64,000 bases of DNA from Leptonemataceae bacterium (GTDB lineage: Bacteria; Spirochaetota; Leptospiria; Leptospirales; Leptonemataceae), in assembly GCA_965227295.1 (NCBI GenBank), contig OZ245742.1, positions 5,696,001 through 5,760,000 on the forward strand, given 5' to 3'. The translations under genes and the position numbers were made by a program. Under the pieces are notes generated by a model. The model was not told where the DNA came from. It saw nothing but the letters and a program-made list of their open reading frames with translations, and did not search any database. This document shows, in pieces, positions 29,489 through 38,336 of this stretch (within the stretch, counting starts at the first letter, position 1; the number at the start of each line of letters is the position of its first letter).

Positions 29489-30709
29489 TTAAGCCTGCCC
29501 CGCGATCTGCTGCAGCTGGATGATCACGAATTCCGCCGGCTTGAGCGGCGCGAAACCTACGATCACGTTGACGATACCCTTATCGATATCGCTCTGCGGA
29601 TTCACCTCGGCGTCGCACTTCACGAAGTACGCTTCCCGCGGGGAAGTTCCCTGGAACGCTCCCTGACGGAAGAGATCCTGCATGAACGAACCGACATTCA
29701 GGCGCAGTTCGGCCCACAGCGGTGCGTCGTTCGGTTCGAAGACGGCCCACTGCGTTCCGCGGAAAAGGCTCTCCTCGATGTAGAGGGCCAGACGGCGAAC
29801 GGGCAGATACTTCCACTCGCTCGCGGCCGCATCGGTACCGGCCAGAGTCCGCGCGCCCCATACGATACGACCGGCCGGCGGCTTGGAACGCAGGCAGTTA
29901 ACCGCCAGCGGATTCAAGTTACCGTTCTCGGCATCCGTCAGAGGAACGCTGAGCGCGGGCACGCCGTTGAGTCCGGCTTCAATACCGGCGGGCGCTTTCC
30001 ATACGCCCCGGTTCGCATCGGTGGTGGCGATGACGCCGGCGACGGCACCGGAAGGCGCGTAAGTCTTGATCTGGTTGCTGTCGAGGGGATCGGGTTGACG
30101 CAGCCGCGGGAAATACAACGCCGCGTTCTTCTTCTGAGTCGCGCCGATCGTGATGTCCGTGCCGACGTTGGAAACGGCGGTTGCGCTGTCGGTCCAGGTG
30201 GACGGCGGATCAACGAGCAGCATCGCACGACGTTCCTCGCAGTAGGTGGCTGCCGTAGCATATACGGAAGCATCTACTTCGTTGAAGGTGTACGAGCCGT
30301 CACCGTTGTCGGTGGAATCCGGCAGGATGCAGAGTAAGTTAAAGAGATCCGCATCTTCCAATGCATAGATCCCGGTTTTGCTCGCCTGCGAACCGTTGTA
30401 TTCGGTTGCTCCGGCTTCGGAACCGGAAAGCTGTCCGGACTCCGCCACACTGACGATGATTGCGGTAGAACCGCCGTTTACGTAGTAGTCACGAACCGCG
30501 TAGCTCAGAGGGCTCGAGGCATCGAGACCGCCGAAGATTCGTTCATACTCGCCGAAGCTGTTCACCTGTACGGGCGTATTGGTCAGCTCTGCATCGCTGA
30601 CCGGCGTCGTGCCGACGAACGCGGTAATCGACGTGGCCACACCGACTAAGGTGCGCACGCCGCTGGGAATTTCCTGAATATAAACTCCAGGATAGGAAGT
30701 TGTAACCAT
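29489..30709 (-). CDS. contractile tail sheath protein
   Basis: YPGVYIQE, TSITAFVG, RGVWKAPAG, VWGARTL, WAVFEPN, GFAPLKPAEFV; start at 30709 with GGAG RBS. Confidence 0.95.
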   Translation of the reverse strand: MVTTSYPGVYIQEIPSGVRTLVGVATSITAFVGTTPVSDAELTNTPVQVNSFGEYERIFGGLDASSPLSYAVRDYYVNGGSTAIIVSVAESGQLSGSEAGATEYNGSQASKTGIYALEDADLFNLLCILPDSTDNGDGSYTFNEVDASVYATAATYCEERRAMLLVDPPSTWTDSATAVSNVGTDITIGATQKKNAALYFPRLRQPDPLDSNQIKTYAPSGAVAGVIATTDANRGVWKAPAGIEAGLNGVPALSVPLTDAENGNLNPLAVNCLRSKPPAGRIVWGARTLAGTDAAASEWKYLPVRRLALYIEESLFRGTQWAVFEPNDAPLWAELRLNVGSFMQDLFRQGAFQGTSPREAYFVKCDAEVNPQSDIDKGIVNVIVGFAPLKPAEFVIIQLQQIAGQA

Positions 30710-31258
30710 AAGGCTCTCTCTCCAAAAGTGGTCTTGCTGAACTTGCGAGGACGACTCTACACTTTCGGATTTTCGTTCGCAGCCACATTTTGGAACGGGG
30801 CTGCGCGAGACGGCGTTTATTTGCGTTATTATAAGATTGTGAAGCGGCTTAACTTGCGATACACATACTCTTAAGGATTTTGATACTCCGCGACATGCAG
30901 CGGGAACAGTGTTTCGTAAATCGAAGACGGGCTGCAAATATTGAAACAGGGAATTCCTCAATCATGAGGAGGCTCTGCGACGGGGATCGCAGGAGATTCA
31001 CCCTCGGGGGCATGGCCTCGCCCTGGCTCTGAGGTTCAATACGAAAAGCGAAGCTCCACTACCGACGTTCCAGGCCGAAGGCAATCCTCTATTGAAAACG
31101 ACATTCCTCATCTCCCACCGGTTGCGACCATAACCACACGCTCCACGTCCGAATCGTATCATGCGGATATGGGGCCCGGCGAAGAGCGATTGAGCCAGCC
31201 GGGAACGTCACGGCCATAGCTCCCGGGTCAAAAACTCGCTTCCGGCAGGATCTTTTTC

Positions 31259-31286
31259 TTTACACATAACACAAGTGTTATATAAT
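31259..31286 (+). promoter_or_regulatory. sigma70-like promoter with overlapping palindromic operator for the ArsR gene
   Basis: TTTACA-16 bp-TATAAT; ATAACAC-AA-GTGTTAT at 31266-31281. Confidence 0.7.
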
Positions 31287-31297
31287 GAAATTATTAT

Positions 31298-31675
31298 ATG
31301 TCCACGACTCAGCTCGATCGCACCTTTGCCGCCCTGGCGGACCCTACCCGGCGGGCCATTCTCGCGCGTCTGGCCCGGGGAGAGGCCACGGTCATGGAAC
31401 TGGTGGAACCCTTCGCCATCAGCCAGCCGGCCGTTTCGCGGCATCTCAAGGTTCTGGAAGAGGCCGGCCTCATCTCTCGCGGTATCGAAGGCCAGACCCG
31501 GCCGTGCCGCATCGAAACGGAACCGCTGGAAGAGATTACGGACTGGCTGGAAAATTACCGGCGCATCCTGGAACACAACTACCGGCGCCTGGACGTGCTC
31601 TTAAAAAAGATGCAGGTCGCCACCGCGCCGAAGCCGGGCCCCCGCACGAAAAAGAAACGAACCAAAAAGAAGTGA
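31298..31675 (+). CDS. ArsR/SmtB family transcriptional regulator
   Basis: FAALADPTRRAIL..L, ISQPAVSRHLKVLEEAGLI. Confidence 0.93.
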   Translation: MSTTQLDRTFAALADPTRRAILARLARGEATVMELVEPFAISQPAVSRHLKVLEEAGLISRGIEGQTRPCRIETEPLEEITDWLENYRRILEHNYRRLDVLLKKMQVATAPKPGPRTKKKRTKKK

Positions 31676-31685
31676 GGTTTCCGAA

Positions 31686-31853
31686 ATGGAACAGGTCAAA
31701 CGACTCCACATTCAAAAGTCCGGCGAGCGCGAGTTAGTGATCACACGCACCTTCGCGGCTCCGCGGCAACTCGGCGCGGGCACCTCGCGCTCCACGATTG
31801 TATGCCGCGCGGCCGGACGACACGGAATAAACCCATGGCCCTGGATTCCGTAA
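31686..31853 (+). pseudogene. truncated SRPBCC/AHSA1-family gene
   Basis: GAGG RBS; MEQVKRLHIQKSGERELVITRTFAAPRQL, then similarity is lost and the frame stops at 55 aa. Confidence 0.7.
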
Positions 31854-32092
31854 GTCTCATCCTGAGCGTCGAAGCGCGTTTTTCGATTCACATATCCGGC
31901 GAGGAGGCGGCGCGGATTCACACTGTCGGCGATTTGCACGCGACAGTCTGCGAGAAACTCGGCGCAGCGGAACCGCACCAGGGGGCGGCAATCTACAACG
32001 AACTGGCGCAGTTGATCGCCGAAGAGTTGGGCATTCCGGAGGAAAAAATCACACCGACCGCGCGATTCGTCGAAGACCTGCGGATTGACTGA
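31835..32092 (+). CDS. acyl carrier protein-like protein (apparently circularly permuted)
   Basis: LDSVSLILSVEARF.I.I..EEA..I.TV precedes IAEELGI.EEKITP.ARFVEDL.ID. Confidence 0.72.
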   Translation: MALDSVSLILSVEARFSIHISGEEAARIHTVGDLHATVCEKLGAAEPHQGAAIYNELAQLIAEELGIPEEKITPTARFVEDLRID

Positions 32093-32128
32093 ACTTGCGC
32101 AGTAGGATGATTGGCCGGCCGCGCATCA

Positions 32129-32734
32129 TCAAAAAATGTCGCGCGCGATTTCAATCCAGACCTGCACCGTGAAGAAGAGCACGATCAGCAGCGCATACAG
32201 CGCGAAGATGACGAGGCCCAGGAGAACGGTCAGGCCGAGCATGAACGAATACACTCGCAAGAGAAAGAGCCAATTGTTTCCGCGGCGAACGGGATGCACC
32301 GATTCCAGCGCGGCCATAACGTCTCCGTGGCGGAGCAAATACTTCGGAACGGAGATGAGCCGGTCGCCGCCGCGGATGCGCAGGATGTGACCCGTGAGCA
32401 AAATATCCTGCACATCGTCCCGGTTGATGTTTACGTCGGCCATGCCGTCACAGCGTTGCCGCATTTCCGTATCGTCGATGGTCAGAGTGTAGCTGAAGTA
32501 CTTGCGGTGTTCGGTTCGCAGCGAGTGCAGCGACGTCCACACCATGATCAAAAGGACTATGGCCGTCGTAACGCCGGCGGCCATACGGTGCATGTCGAGA
32601 CCGAAAGGGATTGCGAGGACTGCGGCGCCGACGGCGATCAAGACGGCGATGACAAAGGCCGCCAGGACCAACACCAGCATGCGATTGCGCATGACCGGCC
32701 ACCACGCGGGATCGCTACGAAATTCCTGTGTCAT
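32129..32734 (-). CDS. hypothetical membrane protein
   Basis: Three to four hydrophobic segments around a small beta domain. Confidence 0.6.
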   Translation of the reverse strand: MTQEFRSDPAWWPVMRNRMLVLVLAAFVIAVLIAVGAAVLAIPFGLDMHRMAAGVTTAIVLLIMVWTSLHSLRTEHRKYFSYTLTIDDTEMRQRCDGMADVNINRDDVQDILLTGHILRIRGGDRLISVPKYLLRHGDVMAALESVHPVRRGNNWLFLLRVYSFMLGLTVLLGLVIFALYALLIVLFFTVQVWIEIARDIF

Positions 32735-32755
32735 CGATCCGCCTGTTCAACCTTC

Positions 32756-34042
32756 TTACGGTTCCACCATCGATCCCGGAAACGTCACCGTAAACACGGA
32801 TCCCTCTCCCGGTTCGCTCTGCACGTCGATGCGCGCGCCGTGGGCGTCGACGATCTTCTTTACGATGGACAGCCCGAGGCCGGCACCCTTTTCCCCGGCG
32901 GTGGGTTTCGCGCCGGTCTGGTGAAACGGTTCAAACAAAGCCGCCTGATCCTTCACCGCGATGCCCGGGCCCGTGTCACGGACGCGGATGCTCAAACCCC
33001 CGTCACCGTTTTGCGCCGCCACGGTCACCGCGTCCCCCTCGCGGGAAAACTTAAGCGCGTTTACGATTAAGTTGTTCAGGACCTGCTCGATCTTCACGGC
33101 GTCGGCCCGAAGCGCGGGCAGGTTCTCGGGCACCTCGGACTTCAGCACAATGCCCTTGCGGTCCGCGGCAATGCGATGCACGGTCAGGGAGTTATGGATC
33201 ACGTCGCTTAAGTTTACTGAAGATAACCTTAGCTGCAAACGTCCGGATTCGATGGCGGAAATGTCCAGCAGATCGTCGACCAGGCGCAGCATAAATCGCG
33301 AGGACTCGCGAATTTTGTGGAGGATGGGCACGCGGTCCTCCGGGTCCAACTCCGGCAAACCGGACTTGCCGCTTTCCAGCAGCAGCGTGGTGAAACCTTC
33401 GATGACGCCCAGGGGATTGCGCAGGTCGTGGGCGGCCATGCCCAGAAAGCGGTTCTTCTCTTCGTTGAGTTCGGCCAGTCGATCGTTTTGTTTTTCGAGC
33501 TGAGAACGCACCAGGCGCAGGGCCTCGTTCACCATTTCCAGCTCCCGGTTTTTCTGGAGCGCGTTTTCGTACGTGGCGAACAGCAGGTCCAGCATCTGTC
33601 GCGGCTCGGAGCCGATGTGATACGTACGCCCCGCGAAGTAGACCTGGATGCCGAAGTCCGACTCCATGCCGCGCAGGTCCTGGTTGCGCATCATGCTGTC
33701 GATCTGAGAAACGAGAAACTCTTCTTCGTACGGTTTCGTAACGAAACCGTTCGCGCCCACGCGCAGCGCCTCGATAATGTCCTGGGGATCGGAGAGTACC
33801 GTCAACAGGAGGACGGGAACGTCTTTGAGATCGTCGTCGTTTTTAATGCGCGCGCAAAGTTCGAAGCCGTTCATGCCCGGCATGATGATGTCCGAGATCA
33901 CCAGCTCCGGCTTATGCTCACGCATGAGCTTGAGGGCCTCTTCGCCTTCGAAGGCGCAACGCACGGAATGTCCCTGTTCGTTCAGGATCCGCCGCAGCAT
34001 AATTTCCTGAACCTTACTGTCCTCGACGATCAGAACGTTCAT
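32756..34042 (-). CDS. hybrid response regulator/sensor histidine kinase
   Basis: REC (LIVEDS, SDIIMPGMNG, KP), H-box AHDLRNPL, NLIVNALKFS, DTGPGI, GAGLGL. Confidence 0.92.
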   Translation of the reverse strand: MNVLIVEDSKVQEIMLRRILNEQGHSVRCAFEGEEALKLMREHKPELVISDIIMPGMNGFELCARIKNDDDLKDVPVLLLTVLSDPQDIIEALRVGANGFVTKPYEEEFLVSQIDSMMRNQDLRGMESDFGIQVYFAGRTYHIGSEPRQMLDLLFATYENALQKNRELEMVNEALRLVRSQLEKQNDRLAELNEEKNRFLGMAAHDLRNPLGVIEGFTTLLLESGKSGLPELDPEDRVPILHKIRESSRFMLRLVDDLLDISAIESGRLQLRLSSVNLSDVIHNSLTVHRIAADRKGIVLKSEVPENLPALRADAVKIEQVLNNLIVNALKFSREGDAVTVAAQNGDGGLSIRVRDTGPGIAVKDQAALFEPFHQTGAKPTAGEKGAGLGLSIVKKIVDAHGARIDVQSEPGEGSVFTVTFPGSMVEP

Positions 34043-34130
34043 ACTCGCGCACCGCGCAGGCGACTTTATATGACGCAAAGGGAGTCGCGTCCAGCGGAAA
34101 GACGAACCCCGGGCAATAGAAAAGTTTATT

Positions 34131-35018
34131 CTAAGGACCGGCGTGCGGCTCCCGGAGCTCGCGAAACTGAGCGGGCCAGTCGTGAAAATTGAAGACCTGG
34201 CCTTCGACGCGCACCCGCCGCGGACGCTCCGAATCCAGGTCGGCGTAGACCCAACCGGGCCGATCCAGCTCACCGGCAACGAGCACGCCGTCGTCCGGAA
34301 AGCCGTGGTCCACGGGAGTAAACACGCCGGCCGCGCCCACATTCACGTCCACGGCCTCGGACCAGGCCGCCGTGCCCACGGTCGAAGACTGCACAACGTA
34401 GCATTGATTTTCCAGGGCCCGGGCCTGACAGCCGATGCGCACGCGATGATAACCGGCCAATCGGTCCGTACAGCTCGGGACCAGGATCAGATCGGCGCCG
34501 GCCTCGACCTGGCGGCGCGCGAAGGCGGGAAACTCGCAGTCATAACAAATGTTCACGGCAATGCGACCGAGGGCCGTATCGAAGACGCGCAGTTCCCGGC
34601 CCGCGCTGATGTTCCAGCGCTCGTTCTCGAACCGCGTCATCTGGAGCTTTTCCTGAAAGTCCGCGCGACCGTCCGGATCGAAGAAGTACGATCGATTGCG
34701 AAACGATCCGTCGTCCAATCGCACCGGAAACGAACCCGCCAGAATGTGGAGGCCGTGCATCGTCGCCGCGTGGCGAAAGCATTCCAGGAACTCCGGGAGC
34801 AGTGCCTGCATCGCTTCGATCTGCAACAAGAGCGACGCCCGGGTCCGCGCGTCGAAGAGCGACACCAGTTCCATGCTGAAGTACTCGGGAAACACCAGCA
34901 ACTGCGCTTCACCACGCACGGCCTCGTCGATCCAGGCACGGATCTTCGCGCGATACTCGTCCAGATTTCGAAACGTGCCGATGTCGTACTGCGCCGCGGC
35001 GACGCGCACAATACTCAT
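34131..35018 (-). CDS. carbon-nitrogen hydrolase (nitrilase superfamily)
   Basis: LLVFPEY, QEKL, ICYDCEFP, RALENQ. Confidence 0.9.
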   Translation of the reverse strand: MSIVRVAAAQYDIGTFRNLDEYRAKIRAWIDEAVRGEAQLLVFPEYFSMELVSLFDARTRASLLLQIEAMQALLPEFLECFRHAATMHGLHILAGSFPVRLDDGSFRNRSYFFDPDGRADFQEKLQMTRFENERWNISAGRELRVFDTALGRIAVNICYDCEFPAFARRQVEAGADLILVPSCTDRLAGYHRVRIGCQARALENQCYVVQSSTVGTAAWSEAVDVNVGAAGVFTPVDHGFPDDGVLVAGELDRPGWVYADLDSERPRRVRVEGQVFNFHDWPAQFRELREPHAGP

Positions 35019-35617
35019 GAATCGGAACCGAGCCTGCGCGTCCAGAATACCATCGGCTTCGCGGATTCGGCCGGCTCATCGACTTCCTTCCAGGCGAAGC
35101 GCGTTTGCAGTTCCGGCCGTTCTTCGTAACCGAAGTGCCGCCAGACCCCGTCCAGGGGTTCGTACTCCGGCGGGCGCCGGGGATGATCGGCCGGCCGCTG
35201 CACGCAACAGAATGCGCACAGCTCAAAACCGCCCAGTTGCCGCGCGTGATTTTCCCGCCCCGCAAAGAATTGCCGGTAGACCCCGCCGCCGCGATAGTCT
35301 TTCAACAGGACGGACTCGCCGCAGTAAAAGACGCGCGTGAGATCGTAGCCGTGTTCGCGAAACGGCGCCTGGAATTCCGCCGTCTCTTCGATCAGCGGCA
35401 ACCCCGTGGAAGCGCCCACCACCGTATCGCCGTCCAATGCCAGAACGGCAACGCTGTTCTCGCTGCGCAGGTAAGTTTCGAGGTACTCTTCTTCGTACTC
35501 CGCGGAGCCGTCGTAGAGGTACGGGTATTCCCGGAAGACCGTTATACGCAAACGGGCCAGATCCTTCACGTAGGGTGAAAGATCCGGCCCGGCAACAGAC
35601 TTGACGTTAAGTGTCAA
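35015..35617 (-). CDS. GNAT family N-acetyltransferase
   Basis: LRITVFREYPYLYDG, ESVLL..YRG.G; overlaps the nitrilase start. Confidence 0.82.
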   Translation of the reverse strand: MTLNVKSVAGPDLSPYVKDLARLRITVFREYPYLYDGSAEYEEEYLETYLRSENSVAVLALDGDTVVGASTGLPLIEETAEFQAPFREHGYDLTRVFYCGESVLLKDYRGGGVYRQFFAGRENHARQLGGFELCAFCCVQRPADHPRRPPEYEPLDGVWRHFGYEERPELQTRFAWKEVDEPAESAKPMVFWTRRLGSDS

Positions 35618-35627
35618 TTTCGCAAAG

Positions 35628-37391
35628 TTAAGCGACGACCGCCGCGCCGGTTTCGGCGCGTTCCATTTTGACCAGGTTCGCCGCGGCGACGCTCAGGCTG
35701 TCGATGTTGTAATCGATGGCCAGGGCCGCGCGGTGCTTCCGCTCTTCGCCTTCGAGTTTCGTCAACGAACGCTCGAAGAGCATGCCCACGATGAAACGCG
35801 TGGTGATCTCCACCATCTCGAAGGCCAGGCGGTCTTTCGTCTGGCGATCGGCGTAACCGGTGAAGAGTTCCAGCGCCCGCTCCACGTTGTCGAACATGCG
35901 CTTGAGATCCGCGGAGGGTTCGAAGCCCGCCATCTGTTCGTTGATGTAAGCGCGCAGATAACCGGTGGGCGACATGCCCGCCACGATACCGCCGATGACA
36001 CCGACCACCTGGAGCTGCGTGGTGCCCTCGTAGATGGTGGTGATGCGTGCGTCACGATAGATGCGCGCGACGTCGTATTCCTCGGTGTAGCCCGCGCCGC
36101 CGTGAATCTGAATCGCGTGCGAAGAAACTTCGATGCACGCTTCGGTGGTGTAGTACTTCGTCATGGGCGTGAAGACGTCGGCGATCTTTTCCCAGCGCGC
36201 CAGGTTCTCGTTCTTCTTCACGTCCCGCTCGGATTGGCCCTCGTGGTTCATGAGATAGGACTTGCGCCATTGATAGTTGTCCACCGCGCGACAGGCTTCC
36301 AGCAAGAGCATGCGCGATCCCACCGTCTCCCGCTCCATGCGATCCAGCATCTTGCGCACGGCCGGAATGTTTTCGATGGTCTTGCCGAACTGCTCGCGCT
36401 CCGAGGCATACTTGCGTCCTTCGGCGAGCGCCGCCGCGCTGACGCCGACGCCCTGAGCCGCGATGCTGAGCCGCGCGGCGTTCATCATGCCCATGGAGTA
36501 CTTCACCAGGCCGTAGCCGGTCTTGCCGATGAGCTTGCCCGGGCTGTTGTCGTAAACAACCTCGCACGTCGGCGAGATATGCAGACCCATCTTCTTTTCG
36601 ATGCCGGCAATCTCCACGTCTTTGCCTTCGACCAGGAAGAACGACAGACCGCGCGCGCCGCTGGTGGACGAGCCGGTGCGGGCCAGCGTAAGAATGACGG
36701 ACGGCATGCCGTCGTAGCCGCAGCCGTGCGTAATGAAACGCTTCGCGCCGGTAATGCGCCAGGTACCGTCGGCATCCTGCACGGCCTTCGTTTGAATGTC
36801 CGGAAGATTGGAACCGTAGTTCGGTTCGGTGAGCGCCATGGCGCAGGACAGTTCGCCGGCGGCCAGGCGCGGCAGGTACTCCTTGCAGAGTTCTTCGGAG
36901 CCGTAGTGTTCGACAATGTCGGCGATGTTGCAGGAACCGACGGCCAGGGCGAAGGCCGAGTCGGCGCGCGCGGCAATCTCGGTGATCATGGCCTGCACCG
37001 TCATGGGCAGACCGAGGCCGCCGAAGTGCCGGCCGAGACCGGTGGGCATGAGCCCCGCCTCTTTCACGGTGTTCATGCAATGCATAAGATCTTTCGGGAA
37101 TGTGACTTTGCCGTCGCTGTATTTGAGGCCCTCTTTGTCCATGCCGGCGGCGCGGGGCGCGACCTCTTTGCCCATGAGTTCGCCGAAACTTTCCAGGACC
37201 GATTTGTAGAACTCAATGCCTTCTTCGACGTTGTTCGGTGCGAAGGCGAGCTTCTCGTCGCCGCTTTCTTTGTAAGCTTTCGCGTCGACATAGTCGTTCT
37301 CGTAGGCCGGCACGATCTGATCCCACTCGATGAGGTTCTGCATGCACAGTTGGATGTCTTCGTTATCGCTGAAGTAGTTGTTCTGAATCAT
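35628..37391 (-). CDS. acyl-CoA dehydrogenase family protein
   Basis: MALTEPNYGS, G.KRFIT, KMGLH.SPTC, YA.ER.QFGK.I, QIHGGAGY, IYEGT. Confidence 0.93.
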   Translation of the reverse strand: MIQNNYFSDNEDIQLCMQNLIEWDQIVPAYENDYVDAKAYKESGDEKLAFAPNNVEEGIEFYKSVLESFGELMGKEVAPRAAGMDKEGLKYSDGKVTFPKDLMHCMNTVKEAGLMPTGLGRHFGGLGLPMTVQAMITEIAARADSAFALAVGSCNIADIVEHYGSEELCKEYLPRLAAGELSCAMALTEPNYGSNLPDIQTKAVQDADGTWRITGAKRFITHGCGYDGMPSVILTLARTGSSTSGARGLSFFLVEGKDVEIAGIEKKMGLHISPTCEVVYDNSPGKLIGKTGYGLVKYSMGMMNAARLSIAAQGVGVSAAALAEGRKYASEREQFGKTIENIPAVRKMLDRMERETVGSRMLLLEACRAVDNYQWRKSYLMNHEGQSERDVKKNENLARWEKIADVFTPMTKYYTTEACIEVSSHAIQIHGGAGYTEEYDVARIYRDARITTIYEGTTQLQVVGVIGGIVAGMSPTGYLRAYINEQMAGFEPSADLKRMFDNVERALELFTGYADRQTKDRLAFEMVEITTRFIVGMLFERSLTKLEGEERKHRAALAIDYNIDSLSVAAANLVKMERAETGAAVVA

Positions 37392-37541
37392 AGTTGAGCT
37401 CCACTCTCCCTTCTCCGGCGGAAGCGCGTCTTCGCTTCGCGTTACGGTACTATTACGGACATCCAGCCACGCATGTCGAAGTTTGATTTTCAAGCACTTT
37501 TTTTCTTACCGATCGGTCAGGGAATGCTAAAACTACAATGT

Positions 37542-37579
37542 GTCGCAAAAAAGATGAACGCGTTCATTTTTTTTGCGAC
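37542..37579. repeat. 38-bp near-perfect palindrome (hairpin or operator)
   Basis: GTCGCAAAAAAGATGAACG|CGTTCATTTTTTTTGCGAC, one mismatch. Confidence 0.75.
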
Positions 37580-37645
37580 CGGAACGCGGCACGACAAAGC
37601 TGCGGCGCTCGACGCCTGGATTTACCGGAACCTGAAGCAATCGAA

Positions 37646-38209
37646 CTAAAACACGAACTTCGCTACAACAGCTTTCCCGGTGCTGAGTACCGAAAGTACG
37701 TAAGCCACCGGTTGACTCGAAGAGTTTTGCCCGGCGGCCACGACCACGCCCGCGGAGTCCGCGGCGATGGCCCGCCCCTGGAGGTCGGCCAAACCCTGGT
37801 CCGCGAAGGCGAGCGTCGACGGGTCCGTAGACACGGCGACCCCGCCGCCGAATACGGCGTAGAACGTTTGGTTCGCGAAGGTCATGCCATTGATACCGGA
37901 GGCCGGTCCGGTGGCCGGCGCACTCCAGGTCAGGCCGTCCGTCGAAGTTCGGACGAGCGGCGTACTGCCCCCGCCGCTGGACGCCACGAACAGGCCGTTG
38001 CCGTAGGCCATCGCTTCCAGGGCCAGGAAGCTCACCGGCGCCGGGCATTCGCGCTGCGTCCAGGTCCGGCGATCCGTACTTGTATAAATGCCGCAATCGA
38101 GATTGCTATTCGCCGCTCCGACGCTGACGTAGTGTGTGCAGTCCGTGGACGGGCCGGTGCAGGCAACGGCCGATACGGCGATCATGAACAAAACGAGGGC
38201 ACGCACCAT
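37646..38209 (-). CDS. lipoprotein with Asp-box/BNR-like repeats
   Basis: Lipobox AVAC; STDRRTW, YGNGLFVA, STDGLTW. Confidence 0.65.
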   Translation of the reverse strand: MVRALVLFMIAVSAVACTGPSTDCTHYVSVGAANSNLDCGIYTSTDRRTWTQRECPAPVSFLALEAMAYGNGLFVASSGGGSTPLVRTSTDGLTWSAPATGPASGINGMTFANQTFYAVFGGGVAVSTDPSTLAFADQGLADLQGRAIAADSAGVVVAAGQNSSSQPVAYVLSVLSTGKAVVAKFVF

Positions 38210-38336
38210 CTATTTAGACAGATCAAACTAAATCGCGCTCTTTCTCGCCACACTTTTTAGCACAAATACCGGCTACCCGTGTCGCCGATTTCTCTTGCGC
38301 GATTTTCCGAAACATTCCGAAATCAGCCTGAGAACC

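Larger units (their letters stand above)
10418..30709 (-). other. contractile injection system (eCIS, Afp/PVC-like) gene cluster
   Basis: 17 co-oriented, tightly packed genes including sheath, tube, cap, AAA+ ATPase, DUF4157, hub, spike, PAAR-like, gp25 and baseplate; no capsid, terminase or T6SS membrane complex. Confidence 0.92.

Noticed and set aside
10418..30709. Prophage or R-type tailocin
   Set aside because: No capsid, portal, terminase, integrase or lysis genes; the Afp15-like ATPase, DUF4255 and DUF4157 point to an eCIS
10418..30709. Type VI secretion system
   Set aside because: No TssJ/L/M, TssA/K or ClpV; the sheath is a single phage-type protein rather than TssB/C
30710..30961. 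84-aa N-terminal extension of the sheath in the ORF track
   Set aside because: Sheath similarity and an RBS begin at 30709
34131..35617. GNAT-nitrilase pair as a novel system
   Set aside because: Commonly occurring gene pair with no unusual features
35601..37397. 598-aa plus-strand ORF
   Set aside because: Antisense shadow of the acyl-CoA dehydrogenase in high-GC DNA
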